Source of the DNA: Tubulanus polymorphus
Lineage: Eukaryota > Animalia > Nemertea
NCBI RefSeq assembly: GCF_964204645.1
Contig: NC_134033.1
Span: forward strand, 8,068,655-8,132,654
Length of the DNA: 64,000 bases
Reading direction: 5' to 3'
The position numbers were made by a program, and so were the translations under genes. Below, in pieces: positions 12,852-24,701 of this stretch (the stretch's first letter is position 1; each line of letters begins with the position of its first letter). The notes under the pieces are model-generated. The model did no database searches and had not been told where the DNA came from. It saw only the letters and a list, made by a program, of their open reading frames with translations.

Positions 12852-13580
12852 ATGGAATTCAGAGATCAACCAGAAATTCCAAGCCAACCAACGGATGAGG
12901 AACCAGAAACGATAGATAGTGAAACTCAGGAATCAATAGAAATGGAGGATGAAACTCTCGTAATTGACGAACAAACTTCACAAACATTACAAGAACATTT
13001 GGACTATCATCAAGAAATGGTGAAAATTCTGAGTGATGTAATACATAATAAACAATTACCGCGCGAACTACAATTACCAAAATTACCATCAACGCGACTT
13101 AAATTGCTGTTGGGACTCAAAGAATCGAAAACTAAGAAAATGAGTGGAGAAGAGTTGAACGAGTTTTTAAAATCTAAATTAATCATTGACACAGGACATT
13201 TAAACTTTCCGGAAATACAAAGTGTAGAAGTTATTTAATTTGCTGAAATTACTGATATCTTAAAAAAAAGTTATAAAACCATATCAAATAGAAAAGCAAA
13301 TCACCTATGGGACCACATCATTTTCGGGGGTTATCTAAATATAGGGTTTACAATGTTTGATAAAGAAACTGCGGGGATTTCTTGGGGGCTGTGGGTTAAA
13401 AAGAACATAGATATCAGTGCTGGTTTTGAAAGAAAACTGAGAAGAGTAGGTAGATTAATAAAATATGAAAAATTCAAAATATTAGGATTAGCATTTAGTG
13501 AAGTAGTAAGATATTTACCAGAAATTGAAGAAATGATTGGAAACAATCCAGAAATTAAAGAATTCTGGACAAAATTATAG
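12852..13580 (+). pseudogene. Maverick hypothetical gene (~242 codons) with one in-frame TAA at 13236
   Basis: ORFs 12852-13238 and 13353-13580 are in the same frame, and 13239-13352 is open (FAEITDILKKSYK..HLWDHIIFGGYL). Confidence 0.6.
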
Positions 13581-13656
13581 ATTATAACACTGAAGGTCTT
13601 TGTAATATAGATATCAAAAATGTAATCTCGATTGTATATATCTGTTTTAATATTGT

Positions 13657-14010
13657 ATTGTTTACTGTTAACTAAGTATTGCGCAATAACCGGTCCGATT
13701 GAACCGCTTTTCTATTGTTCTCCATTGTTCTATTATTGATCGTTGTTAATGGCGGCGGTTGTTCTGTATTGATTGTTTACTGTTAACTAAGTATTGCGCA
13801 ATAACCGGTCCGATTGAACCGCTTTTCTATTGTTCTCCATTGTTCTACTATTGATCGTTGTTGACTGAAACAGCTGCTCAATATTGATTGGTTACAGTTC
13901 TATGTTTGAATGTTGTAGTTTACAGAATAAAAATATAACTGTGTATTGCGCAATAACCGGTCCGATTGGACCGCATTTCTATTGTTCTCCATTGTTCTAT
14001 TATCGATCGC
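13657..14010. repeat. Three ~70-90 bp direct repeats with palindromic cores in a Maverick intergenic region
   Basis: GTATTGCGCAATAACCGGTCCGATTG..TTGTTCTCCATTGTTCTA recurs at ~13676, ~13791 and ~13943. Confidence 0.85.
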
Positions 14011-14422
14011 TAAAATTTACATAATCAATATATGTGTTTATGAAATAGTAATTCCACCAGTCGTTTCTTTGAATTTATTTTCAGTTTTAGGATTTATTAT
14101 CGAGAATCCGAAATGACTTATCTGGACAGTTATAGTTACTGCTCCTAATAGATAGACAATAGTAGTGAGATAATCTAAATCCTAATTTAAATAAAATATA
14201 ATAAAAAAACAATAACTTCAACTAGCTAGTGAATTCTGTTATATTTTTAATATTTTCTTTTGGTAATTCTAATTGACATTAGATTGAATAGATTTTGAAT
14301 AGATTTGAATAGAAATTCTTTAACTTTAACTAACCTAGTCAATTTAGTATTAACCTAAAGAGATACTAGTATCATTTGAAGAATACTTATAATATTTTTT
14401 TTGCTTTTTTTCTCTAATATAA

Positions 14423-15031
14423 ATGTCAAAGAAATCTAATAAGAATAGTATTGATATTGAAAAGACATTAGATGATTTGGGTTTATGTGATAATAAAGAT
14501 ACAGTTGTAACTAATTGTGCTCAAGTTAATTGTAATATAGATTATGAATACTATTTATATTGTAAGCATCATCTAGAACTATTGATTGCCGGTGGAAAAA
14601 CTAAAGAGTTTTTAACTAAGACTATTACTTTTCAAGAATTAAATGCTATGAAACCAGATAAAGTAATAAAATATTTTAAGATTTATGAAGAAGCTAGATT
14701 AGCTAGAATAAATGATTCTATTTCAGATGGTATTGTCAAATGTTATTCTAAGTTATGTAACCAGTTAATACCAATTGATGATGAAAATAAATTATATAGT
14801 GATTTGAAAAATGACTACTTAGTTATGACTGAATTACAAAAATGGGTCGGATATGCTTCATTTCAATTAGGATCGGTTATGACATTAATTTCTACTGGTG
14901 TCATAACATTTTCGAATATCAAGCCTATGGAATATAAATCAGCTAAGAACGAAACAGATGACGCTGTACTACAACCAAACGTCGAAACAGAAAATGAATC
15001 AGAACAAAAATTAACTAAAACAAATGAGTGA
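14423..15031 (+). CDS. Maverick hypothetical protein with hydrophobic segment
   Basis: Intact 202-aa ORF with a T-tract + TAAATG start, overlapping the next ORF. Confidence 0.65.
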   Translation: MSKKSNKNSIDIEKTLDDLGLCDNKDTVVTNCAQVNCNIDYEYYLYCKHHLELLIAGGKTKEFLTKTITFQELNAMKPDKVIKYFKIYEEARLARINDSISDGIVKCYSKLCNQLIPIDDENKLYSDLKNDYLVMTELQKWVGYASFQLGSVMTLISTGVITFSNIKPMEYKSAKNETDDAVLQPNVETENESEQKLTKTNE

Positions 15032-15392
15032 TGGAGTTAAGAAAAAGGCTAGATCCGAGAAAAAAATTAAATGGGCAAGAGAATTAGGTAAAAGATCTTC
15101 AGAATTAAGAAAAGCTAAGAAAAAGAAATTAACTGATATAAATGAATCACAGACTTCATCTGATATTGATTCAAATAATAATCCATCTGATTCTTCTAAT
15201 GCTGGAAGTAATTATAAATTATATATTACAATTGGATTAGTAACAGTTATTATATTATCCGGCGTAATATATAAATCAAAATTCAAATCTGATGATAAAG
15301 ATGATTCCAATGATAATAAACCTATCATACCAGAAAATAAGTCAAATCATAAAGTCATTGAAACTAAATCTAAATTATTATTAATGGATTAA
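15024..15392 (+). CDS. Maverick small basic, single-TM protein
   Basis: Lys/Arg-rich N-terminus and TM-like LYITIGLVTVIILSGVIY. Confidence 0.6.
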   Translation: MSDGVKKKARSEKKIKWARELGKRSSELRKAKKKKLTDINESQTSSDIDSNNNPSDSSNAGSNYKLYITIGLVTVIILSGVIYKSKFKSDDKDDSNDNKPIIPENKSNHKVIETKSKLLLMD

Positions 15393-15397
15393 AATAA

Positions 15398-16489
15398 GAT
15401 GAAAAAGAACAATATTTAAGAGAGTTATATTACAACCCAGAAAGTGAAGTATCATATTCTAACGTTTCAGAATTATGGAATAAAATTAAATCTGATAATG
15501 AAAATGGTAATATAAAATATAGTGAACTAAGATTATGGTTACAAAATCAACCAACATATCAAATCCACAAGAAAATGGATAAAACTTATTTAACAAGAAA
15601 AGTTATGGTTTCATATATCGATCAACAATGGCAAGCAGATTTAATTGACATGAAGAACTTAGAGGAATACAACAAAGGATATTTCTGGATATTAAATGTT
15701 ATAGACATATTCAGTAGATACGCATGGTCAATTACAATAAAAAATAAAACTGATATAGAAGTTACAAATGCTTTTAAATCTTTATTTAAAGAAGCTATTC
15801 CAGATAAGATACAATTTGATGAAGGTAAGGAATTCTATAACAAACATTTCAATAAACTATTATCTGATAACGATGTAGAATATTTTTCAACACACTCAGA
15901 TAAAAAAGCATCTATTATAGAAAGATTTAATAAAACATTGAAATCTAGAATGTGGAAATATTTTACTGCTAATGAAACATATAAATATATCGATGTGTTA
16001 GATGATTTGGTGAAAGGTTATAATAATTCTAAACATAGTTCTATAAATATGAAACCTATACAAGCTAGAAAAGAAGATAATTCGGAAATAGTTTGGAATA
16101 ATTTATATGGTGCGTTTGTTACACATGATTTCGGAGAACCTAAATTTAACATTAGGCAACACGTCAGAATATCTAAATATAGAAAAACATTTTATAAAGG
16201 TTATACCCCAAATTTTACTGAAGAAATATTCAAGATTAAAAAGATAATATTAACTAAACCATTTGTTTATAAATTAGAAGATCTAAAAGATGAAGAAATA
16301 TTAGGTTATTTCTATGAACAAGAATTATCACTTGTACCAAATCCAGAGGAAATAGAATACAAAATAGAAAAAGTATTGAAAACAAAAACTCTTAAAGGAA
16401 AAAAGTATTCTTTGGTGAAATATAAAGGATATGATGATAAATTTAATGAATGGATTTTATCTAGTAAAATTAAAAGAATAAATGAATAA
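15398..16489 (+). CDS. Maverick retroviral-like (c-)integrase with C-terminal chromodomain
   Basis: WQADLID, IQFDEGKEF and IERFNKTLK (DDE triad); chromodomain YKIEKVL..LVKYKGY..NEWI. The frame is open from 15398 (YLRELYYNP) although the first ATG is at 15575. Confidence 0.93.
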   Translation, partial: DEKEQYLRELYYNPESEVSYSNVSELWNKIKSDNENGNIKYSELRLWLQNQPTYQIHKKMDKTYLTRKVMVSYIDQQWQADLIDMKNLEEYNKGYFWILNVIDIFSRYAWSITIKNKTDIEVTNAFKSLFKEAIPDKIQFDEGKEFYNKHFNKLLSDNDVEYFSTHSDKKASIIERFNKTLKSRMWKYFTANETYKYIDVLDDLVKGYNNSKHSSINMKPIQARKEDNSEIVWNNLYGAFVTHDFGEPKFNIRQHVRISKYRKTFYKGYTPNFTEEIFKIKKIILTKPFVYKLEDLKDEEILGYFYEQELSLVPNPEEIEYKIEKVLKTKTLKGKKYSLVKYKGYDDKFNEWILSSKIKRINE

Positions 16490-17093
16490 AGATTTATTTA
16501 TATTTGAACCGCATAATATGTTAGTTACTGGTGTAACCAATTGTGGTAAAACACATTTCATATTAGATTTGTTAGAAACTATTTATAAGAATCATTTTGA
16601 TAACATAATATTATTTTGTCCTACTTATGAAATGAATAAAACATATAATAGAGATATAGTTAAGATAAAAAAGTTTATTATATTAGATCCTAAAACAGTA
16701 AAAGAAAATTTAGATAATTGTATTAAAATAGCAATTGATACTTAAAAAGGATCAAATACATTATTCATTGTAGATGATTGCGCAAATTTACATGATTCAA
16801 AAGTGAGAGAAAGTGAGTTATGTTATCTAGCTTTCTCTGGAAGACATTTTGGGATAACAACATGGGTTTTAAATCGAAAATATAATTCAATTGTTAAAGA
16901 CTTTAGGGAGAATATAAGATTTCTAGTTTTATTTTATAACAAAGATAAAAAATCTTTGCAACAATCATTGGAAGAAAATCAAATTATACCAACTGAATTA
17001 CATGATGAATATATGAATAAATTAAAGAATAATAAAGGTTCAAAATTATTACTGAGACTACAATTTCCCTATGAATATATATTTATAAAATAA
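16482..17093 (+). pseudogene. A32/FtsK-HerA-like DNA packaging ATPase, nonsense TAA at 16743
   Basis: Walker A GVTNCGKT; the in-frame continuation gives Walker B LFIVDD and GRH. Confidence 0.9.
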
Positions 17094-17106
17094 CTATTTA
17101 TATATC

Positions 17107-17495
17107 TATGTATTAGATACCCTATTAGATACCCTAATACCTGATACCCTATTAGATACCCTAATACCTGATACCCTAATACCTGATACCCTATTAGATA
17201 CCTTAACTACTTAAAACCCCCTTTTTTAAAATAAATATTATTTATACAATTTTCAACCAATTTATTTTTATTTTTTCAACAAATATATGAATAAGTTTGA
17301 AAATAATAAAGGTTATTTATTATTACTGAGGTTTCAATATAAATTTAAAAAAGAAATATAATTTAAGGTATTTTCAAATAATATGTATTAGATACATATT
17401 AGATACGTATTAGATACGTATAAGATACGTATTAGATACCTTAATACTTAAAACCCCTTTTTTATTTACTATTATTTTATACAATTTTCAACCTT
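17107..17495. repeat. Short tandem repeats (ATTAGATACC/G) in two duplicated blocks between convergent genes
   Basis: Repeats at 17111-17203 and 17387-17440, each followed by CTTAAAACCCC..TATACAATTTTCAACC. Confidence 0.7.
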
Positions 17496-17497
17496 TA

Positions 17498-18370
17498 TTA
17501 CTTTTTGAGTGTTATATAATTACTTTCTGAATCACTGTCACTATCAGACCCTAACAATTTATTCAAATGCTCTACCGTATCTTCATAAATAATTGGTTTA
17601 TTGATATACTTATTAGGCATCTCAACTATATCTTTATTTTCTGATTTAAGTTTCATAGAATCTTTATTATCAATGCGCTTTCCTGTATTTTCATTATCAT
17701 CTTTATTAGTGTTTGCTCCTAATATTTCATTTACAGTGTTCGATCCTAATATTTCATTAGCATCAGTTAAATCTAATTCATCTTTATTAGGTGTTGCTAA
17801 TAAAAAATCTTCATACAATTCTTTACCATTTACTTTTTTATTTGAAACAAATTTTGTAACATATCTAAATGGGTGTTCTATAAATTCTCTTAAACCAACA
17901 CGTTCTATAACATTAGTAATATGTGAATTTGTATTCATATGTTTATTCCAATTTGATGGAGCGTTTGAAAATTCACTTTTACAATATCCACAATAATTTC
18001 TATTTTCACTAACATTTAATAATATTTCATTATTAGATGTAGAAGGTATTACATTATTAGATGTAGAAGGTATTACATTATTAGATGTAGTAGGTATTAC
18101 ATTATTAGATGTAGAAGGTATTACATTATTAGATGTAGTAGGTATTACATTATTAGATGTAGAAGGTATTACATTATTATCAATTACATTACTTAAATTA
18201 TCAACAACACCACTTTTATTATTATCGATTTCTATTAGTTTAGTTTTATAAATTTTGAAAATAGGATCAAATATCAAAGCTATATTACAAGGTATTACGT
18301 AATATAAACCATCATTATTTTCATGTGTATCGATGTATGGAATATGTTTATATACTTTACCTCCTTCCAT
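17498..18370 (-). CDS. Maverick hypothetical protein with 8-aa tandem repeat and C2H2-like finger
   Basis: About six (NNVIPSTS) units from a 24-bp DNA repeat; CGYC..WNKH...SH finger. Confidence 0.65.
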   Translation of the reverse strand: MEGGKVYKHIPYIDTHENNDGLYYVIPCNIALIFDPIFKIYKTKLIEIDNNKSGVVDNLSNVIDNNVIPSTSNNVIPTTSNNVIPSTSNNVIPTTSNNVIPSTSNNVIPSTSNNEILLNVSENRNYCGYCKSEFSNAPSNWNKHMNTNSHITNVIERVGLREFIEHPFRYVTKFVSNKKVNGKELYEDFLLATPNKDELDLTDANEILGSNTVNEILGANTNKDDNENTGKRIDNKDSMKLKSENKDIVEMPNKYINKPIIYEDTVEHLNKLLGSDSDSDSESNYITLKK

Positions 18371-18402
18371 TTATTATATAAATTTTTATTAAAGTTAAAA
18401 TT

Positions 18403-19650
18403 TTAATACATAACACTATTTAATTGAGAATTTACAATATTTAATTGTGCGTCAGATATAATATAAATGTGCATTTTAAAATTTTTGATTCCTTTATTCC
18501 TTGTCATGAATAATTGTATTCCATCTTTAGTGTTTTGTAGTTTTTTTCCAGAACCATGTAATGAATTATCCTCTGTTGTTCTAAAATCTAACCATAATGC
18601 ATATTTATCACCAGTATAATAATCAATTTGATTAATGTTACAATTTTCAGATGATTTTACTTTTTCATTCATAAAATGTTTTCTAATTTCTGGCCATTGA
18701 TCAATCATTCTCATTCCTTGACAAAATATTTTATTTGCTATTCCTTCGATAGTTATTTCTACTTTTGTTATTTCAGGATTATAATAATTATCAACATTTA
18801 TTGCGCCATTAGTATATGTTGCAATGGTAAAAAATATTAATATACCTTTAATAGATCTTCTTGGGAAGTTAATATTCTTATTAATTATTTCATCATTTGC
18901 ATTAATAGTTACAGTTTTAAATGTATCAATGTAATCATATAATAATGAAAATCCTTGATTGTATTTAGTTTGAATTATACTTGCAATATTTTCATCAGTT
19001 ACTGTATCATATTCTAAACATATATTCGATAATTTATAACTCATATCTTTATTAACGCTAGATATTACAATTTCATTAACAGGAGCAAATGTTATTTCGA
19101 ATATAACGTCTTCTTGAATTGCGTATCTATATAAAGGCGCATTGTTATTTATCAATTCAAAGTCTAATGGAATTTTATATTTGCTTCCATATATACTTTT
19201 TATCAATTTATCTATAGCATTAGTTAATATTGCGCTATTAGCTTCTGATCTTAATTTATTTTGGTTTTCTGATTGGATTCCTTGAAATATCATATTATTT
19301 CTATTTTCTTTAGTTAACCATAAATCTGTATAATGCATAAATAGATTATAATCATCTAATGAGAAAACTGTTTCTGGTCCAATCTTTATTGTTAATTTTT
19401 TAATCAAATATCTCCCAACATTATCAACAACATAATTATTATTATTACCGATTACTTTTATATTGGCTGATAAATAAATACTATTTGGAACATAAAAAGT
19501 ATTTTGTGTTAATCGAGGGATTCTAACATATAAAGTTTCATCGGGATTAATATTAGAAGGGTTATGAGTAATTATATGATGTGATCTTTCTGCTTTAATA
19601 GCATTAGATATTCTAGAAATCTTAGAAGGACTTATATAACTCCCACTCAT
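18403..19650 (-). CDS. Major capsid protein (double jelly-roll, hexon-like)
   Basis: Intact 415-aa beta-rich ORF with Maverick MCP-like NPS.I.P...LYVRIP and V.N.GR.LIKKL.IK motifs, located in the structural module. Confidence 0.8.
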   Translation of the reverse strand: MSGSYISPSKISRISNAIKAERSHHIITHNPSNINPDETLYVRIPRLTQNTFYVPNSIYLSANIKVIGNNNNYVVDNVGRYLIKKLTIKIGPETVFSLDDYNLFMHYTDLWLTKENRNNMIFQGIQSENQNKLRSEANSAILTNAIDKLIKSIYGSKYKIPLDFELINNNAPLYRYAIQEDVIFEITFAPVNEIVISSVNKDMSYKLSNICLEYDTVTDENIASIIQTKYNQGFSLLYDYIDTFKTVTINANDEIINKNINFPRRSIKGILIFFTIATYTNGAINVDNYYNPEITKVEITIEGIANKIFCQGMRMIDQWPEIRKHFMNEKVKSSENCNINQIDYYTGDKYALWLDFRTTEDNSLHGSGKKLQNTKDGIQLFMTRNKGIKNFKMHIYIISDAQLNIVNSQLNSVMY

Positions 19651-19666
19651 TTATTTAACAAAAAAA

Positions 19667-21106
19667 TTAATTATTTATTTTTTATCATGTTTACTAATCC
19701 AAAAATAATAGCACTTACAACTGTTATTAAAAATAAAATAATATGTTCAGCAGCAAAGTTAATAATGTTTCCTGCAGATTTCAATATAAAACCAACAATT
19801 GATGCAATAACTCCTGGTAATGCTGCAGCAGATTTTTAGATAGTTCCCATAAATATTTTGCTAATTTTTTAAAACCATCCTTAACTTTATCTTGTATAGA
19901 ATTATTATCATTCGGGGGTTTATCTGGTTTATTTGGAGTAGGAGTAGATTTTAAAGCATTTGATATAGCTAAACCTATTGTTGTAAATAACATAGTTACA
20001 GCTGTTAGAATTGAAAGAATTGTTATTCCTTCTAACTTAAATAATAATTTTATTCTATCTTTCAATGAAATTCTAGAATCTGGTTTTATTAGATATCTTT
20101 TAAAAACATCATTTAATCTATCAATATTATAATCATATGATTTAAATAATGATTTAATTTCTTCTTTTTGTAATTCTATGTTATATTCTAAATCATCTTT
20201 TTCTTTTTCTTAACGTAATTCTTTTTGCCTATAATCTATTTCATCAATTGCTTGACGATCTAAATCAGACTTTAATTGTTCTATTTCTTTATTTTTATCA
20301 GTTAATTCTTTTCCTAAAAATCTAATTTTAAAATCTCTTATTTCTTTTTCATGCGCAATTTTATCAGATGCAAGTTTTATACTAATAATTTCTCTAATTG
20401 CTTTATCAGAAAATATATCTAAATCTTCTAATTCTTGTTTTGTTGCATCAAGTAATCCATTCGGTAAAATTTTTTCAGTTTGAACTTCTCTTGAATTAGG
20501 TCTACTAGTTTCTGGTTCTAAATTATTATCGTTTGTTTCAAATAATTTATTAATTCCTTGTTTAAATACTCTTTTATTTTGATTTATTTCTTCTTGTGTT
20601 ACATCTTCTATTTCATTACTATTTCTTATTATTTTAATTCTAGATAGTAATGAGTCAGACTTAAGCAAAGTTGATTTTGCTATTATTTTGTCTTCTTTTT
20701 TATTAGAGATATTAATATAATAATCCGAATCATCTTTCACACGATAATAATATTCACCATCTAAAAACTTTAAATCTTCTACTAAAAGTTCAGCACCTCT
20801 GGCATTTATATTATATCCAGATTTTTCAAATATAGGTTTGAAATTATGAATAAATTCATTATATTCTAAATTTTTCTTTAATAAATCTGGATCTTCATTT
20901 TCAATATCTATTCTCGATTTAGCTCCTCTAATATATTCATCTGTTGATTGGCCTTTAGAACCACTATCTGCTAAATTAGAATTATATGCTGATTCATTAC
21001 CATCATTAAAACTTGTTTCTGCATCATTACAATCATCATCAATATATCCTTCATTATTATTTCCCGTGCCGTCCATTTCATAATCTTCTCCACCTTCTAC
21101 ATCCAT
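19667..21106 (-). pseudogene. Maverick coiled-coil, C-terminal membrane protein (broken by stop and frameshift)
   Basis: Acidic N-terminus and coiled coil, then KDRIKLLFKLEGITILSILTAV TM segments across ORFs 20210-21106 and 19781-20065. Confidence 0.55.
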
Positions 21107-21122
21107 TTACATAATAAAAAAA

Positions 21123-22512
21123 TTAAAATTTAAAATATAATATTCCTCCGATTACAATTCCTATACAAGTTATAGCTAATTTAGTATTTTCATGGGATTT
21201 ATTATCATCATTTAGTTTAATTATATCATGTTGAATAATATCAGTTTTTATATTTTCCGATGTATTGTAATCTTTTATTTTAGAATCATTATATAATTTA
21301 ATATTATTAGTTTTAGTTTCAGTTGATTGAATGTGTTTTTTTATTTTTTTCACCTTCCATTAATTTTGGAGCAGTAATAATCTTTTTATTTATATCATTT
21401 AATCCAAATGAATTATTTATTGTTGCAGTTTTAATTAGATTATTATAACCAATTATATTTCCCATCTTAAGTACTAAATCATCAGAAATAATTAATAGAT
21501 TAGGGCCTATACAATAATTTAATCTAATATGTGATTTATCTAAATAATTTTAATATCTTACAATGTTTTCTGGAATCGATCTATTTTTATCATTATGAAT
21601 TGAATCTTCAAATAATACTTTGAATTGTTTCTGTGTATCAAATGATGTATTTAAATTTCCAATTATTGGGGATCTTGTTTCAACCTGTGATCCTAGAATA
21701 CATATCAAATAAGTTCTAATAGATTGATTTATTCTTTCTATACCTGATTTAGTAAAACCTTCACTATTTTCTAAAATGAAATAAACCCAACCATTATTGT
21801 TTTCTTGTTTTAAATTATCATAAAATGTCGGTAATTTATTGAAATTTAATGTTTCTAAATCCTTTGTTTCTATTTTACCATAACCTAGTTTATTACTATA
21901 GATATTATAAAAACTATTAGATGGTATGGGAAGTGCACAATATTCTGCAATCTTTTTAGGGCAAGGAAGTGATCTTATTGTTCCAATTTTTGTACTAAAA
22001 TCAGAATTATTTATATCTATATTAACTTCATTACAAATTTTATAAAACTTTGACAAATTAATATTATTATCTAATTCTTTAAAATACCTAGATCCTGGTA
22101 AAGCGCACTCTAATTCATTTAATATTATTCTGATTTGAAAGTATGTATGAAATCTAAATAAACTTTGAATTAATTTATATTTAGAATTATTCAAATGATC
22201 ATTCCAACTTATTCCACATCCTGTTGTTGCACAATAAACAGCAAAATTTAATTGGTTCTGCCAATACTTCATATTAGATTTTAATAACCATTGTTTTTCA
22301 TCTTTCAATTTTTTAAAATTAATTAAATAAACATGAAATATATTTTCCATCTTTGCATTAAAATTATTAGTTTCAGTAACATAAATTTCTAAATTAGTTA
22401 ATGAATCTAAAACTTCATTTCTATATGTAATATCTTTATTAAAATCTATTGCAGGAATATTATATTTAATTGATTTATTATATTGGAAAGCTTTTGGAAA
22501 ACTATCTACCAT
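21123..22512 (-). pseudogene. Conserved Maverick hypothetical protein with C-terminal TM (stop and frameshift)
   Basis: WQNQLNFAVYCATTGCGIS and FRFHTYFQIR motifs. The frame continues past the TAA at 21550. Confidence 0.6.
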
Positions 22513-22528
22513 TTATATAATTAAAAAA

Positions 22529-22964
22529 TTAATAATTTATTAATTCTTTTAATAATTTATCTTGTTCTTCAACTGTTATATGACCATTTAAACTTATTAT
22601 ATAATCTAGTGTATTCTTTAATTTATTAATCTCTTTTATATTAGTTTTAATTATTTCTTTATTACTTTTTATACTTAATTTTGAACTTATACCAGTTAAA
22701 ACACTTGAACTTAATCCTAATACGCCAATTGATATAGCTAAAGGTGTTAATGGGCTGAATATTGCTAGAAATGTTATTACAGAACTAATTCTAACTGAAC
22801 CACTTATAATCAAATAATATATAATTTTACTTTTTTAGATATTTTTTCTTTTTAACTTTTAAGTCACTTTCAAATTCTAATATTTGTTTTTCTAAATATG
22901 TTTTTAATTTAGTTTTATTTATATCATGAGGAATAATATCAATATTATCAACTTTATCATCCAT
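22529..22964 (-). pseudogene. Maverick small membrane protein (frameshifted)
   Basis: TAAATG start at 22964 (MDDKVDNID..) and hydrophobic ORF 22529-22813. Confidence 0.5.
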
Positions 22965-22989
22965 TTATTTAACAAAAAATAATAAATAA

Positions 22990-23412
22990 TTAATTAGTAA
23001 ACTTATAAGCAACAAATATAACAATAACAGTTCCGCCTAAAATCCATATTATTTCATATTTCTTCTGTTCATTACTTGGGGTAAAATAATCTGATAATTT
23101 AGGCTTGTATAGATGTAATTTTTCTTTATTGGTTACTGCGTTATATAAACTCATTGCATCATCAACTGATTGAAAATCTCTATGTGAAATCTTCTGATCA
23201 TATAATTCTTTGTTAATATAATCCATATAGTTTTGTCTTTTTTCTCTATATTCTTCTGCTGCTTTATTGTATTTCTCTAATGCTAAGTTATGTCTTCTTT
23301 GTTCTCCTAATGAACTATTTTTATCAATATGCTTGAATAAATATCCACCACCAGTAAATGCTAAAGCGTTAACAATTGCCGATCCTATAATAGTTATAAT
23401 TGCAGAAGCCAT
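22990..23412 (-). CDS. Maverick virion-associated protein with hydrophobic Gly/Ala-rich N-terminus
   Basis: MASAIITIIGSAIVNALAFTGGGYLF..EQRRHNLALE, plus a C-terminal TM segment. Confidence 0.65.
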   Translation of the reverse strand: MASAIITIIGSAIVNALAFTGGGYLFKHIDKNSSLGEQRRHNLALEKYNKAAEEYREKRQNYMDYINKELYDQKISHRDFQSVDDAMSLYNAVTNKEKLHLYKPKLSDYFTPSNEQKKYEIIWILGGTVIVIFVAYKFTN

Positions 23413-23436
23413 TTATTTAGCAAAAAAATTATGCAT

Positions 23437-23658
23437 TTATATGGGAGGAATATATTTTTGTTTTTCTAAATAATCAATAGTTAAATTAGATAAAGTAACT
23501 GCTAATGTTAATTTTAAAATATCATTTATATCAAATCTATCAACATTAACACTTCCCATTTTAAATACTTTTTTTAATACCATTGAATAACCAACAGTTC
23601 CAACTGATAGTAATGCGCCATTATATAATCCAGTTATTATCCACTTATTATCACTCAT
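23437..23658 (-). CDS. Maverick small hydrophobic protein
   Basis: Intact 73-aa ORF with a T-tract + TAAATG start. Confidence 0.6.
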   Translation of the reverse strand: MSDNKWIITGLYNGALLSVGTVGYSMVLKKVFKMGSVNVDRFDINDILKLTLAVTLSNLTIDYLEKQKYIPPI

Positions 23659-24015
23659 TTATTTATCAAAAAAATTACTATCTTCAAAATATTTAGTTAT
23701 CTTATTTATAATTATTTCAACATTTATTTCATTACTAGTTTCATTTGTATATATTTCAATTATTATTTTTTTAATATCATCGATGATAAAATCTTCATCT
23801 AATTCATAATATCTTAAAGATTCTCTAATTAAATTAGTAATCTTTTCTACATTTAAAGTTTCTTTATCTATTGTTTTTTCAAACTCAAATGTTGTTTCAT
23901 TAGAAAATGTGATATTTTTGATATGTGTAATTACATCATTAATGTTAAATTTCATTTCTTTCTCACGTTTAAAATCAAACCCAAAACATATACTCGGTCC
24001 AACAGTTATATTCAT
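23659..24015 (-). CDS. Maverick hypothetical protein
   Basis: Intact 118-aa ORF whose TAA stop directly abuts the next ATG. Confidence 0.55.
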   Translation of the reverse strand: MNITVGPSICFGFDFKREKEMKFNINDVITHIKNITFSNETTFEFEKTIDKETLNVEKITNLIRESLRYYELDEDFIIDDIKKIIIEIYTNETSNEINVEIIINKITKYFEDSNFFDK

Positions 24016-24031
24016 TTATATAGTGAAAAAA

Positions 24032-24684
24032 TTACTCTCTACATCTTATAACTAATTCATAAATTACAGGAAAGTTATTCAAATCAATTAAATATCCATT
24101 GTGATTTCTTATTTCTAACTTAAAATTATTAAATTTTGGAATACAAGGTTTGAAATCACATTCTGTTAAATTATAATTTATTTGAGTTCCAAATTGTTTA
24201 ACATTTTTTAGCGGTAAAATATTTAGTATACTACACTACAAATTGTTTCTTTAGTTGCTTTAATTCCTAACATTTTAGCCAGTGGTTTGTTTACCATAAA
24301 TTTATGTTGTTCATTAGATATCTTTATTCTTATTTTATTAGGACTATCAATTTTATTAAATTTAATTTCAAATACAGAAGTACCCCCGATTTTCAACCGA
24401 GCTCTTCTATTAATTTCCTGCGCTAATGTATCTAAATTATATAATCCTGGTTTTAAAAATATATTAAACCATTTATCTTTATTTCTCATATAAATCATAA
24501 ACCCTCTATGTTCAAAAGTTTTATCTGATATATTATAAAAAGAATTACATAAACTTATATTTACTAATTTTAAATCTACACAATTCTTAAATTCTCTATC
24601 TAATTGAACTAGTAAATTATGTGATTTATAATTTGTAAGCCTTCTAGAATCTACAAATATTCTGTATTCTTTTAATTCCGCCAT
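24032..24684 (-). pseudogene. Putative minor capsid protein (penton, single jelly-roll), frameshifted
   Basis: IFVDSR, L..ISL.NSFYNI and LKPGLYN motifs. The C-terminal KLEIRNHNGYLIDLNN.PV.YEL lies in another frame. Confidence 0.6.
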
Positions 24685-24701
24685 TTATTTTACATATTTT
24701 C

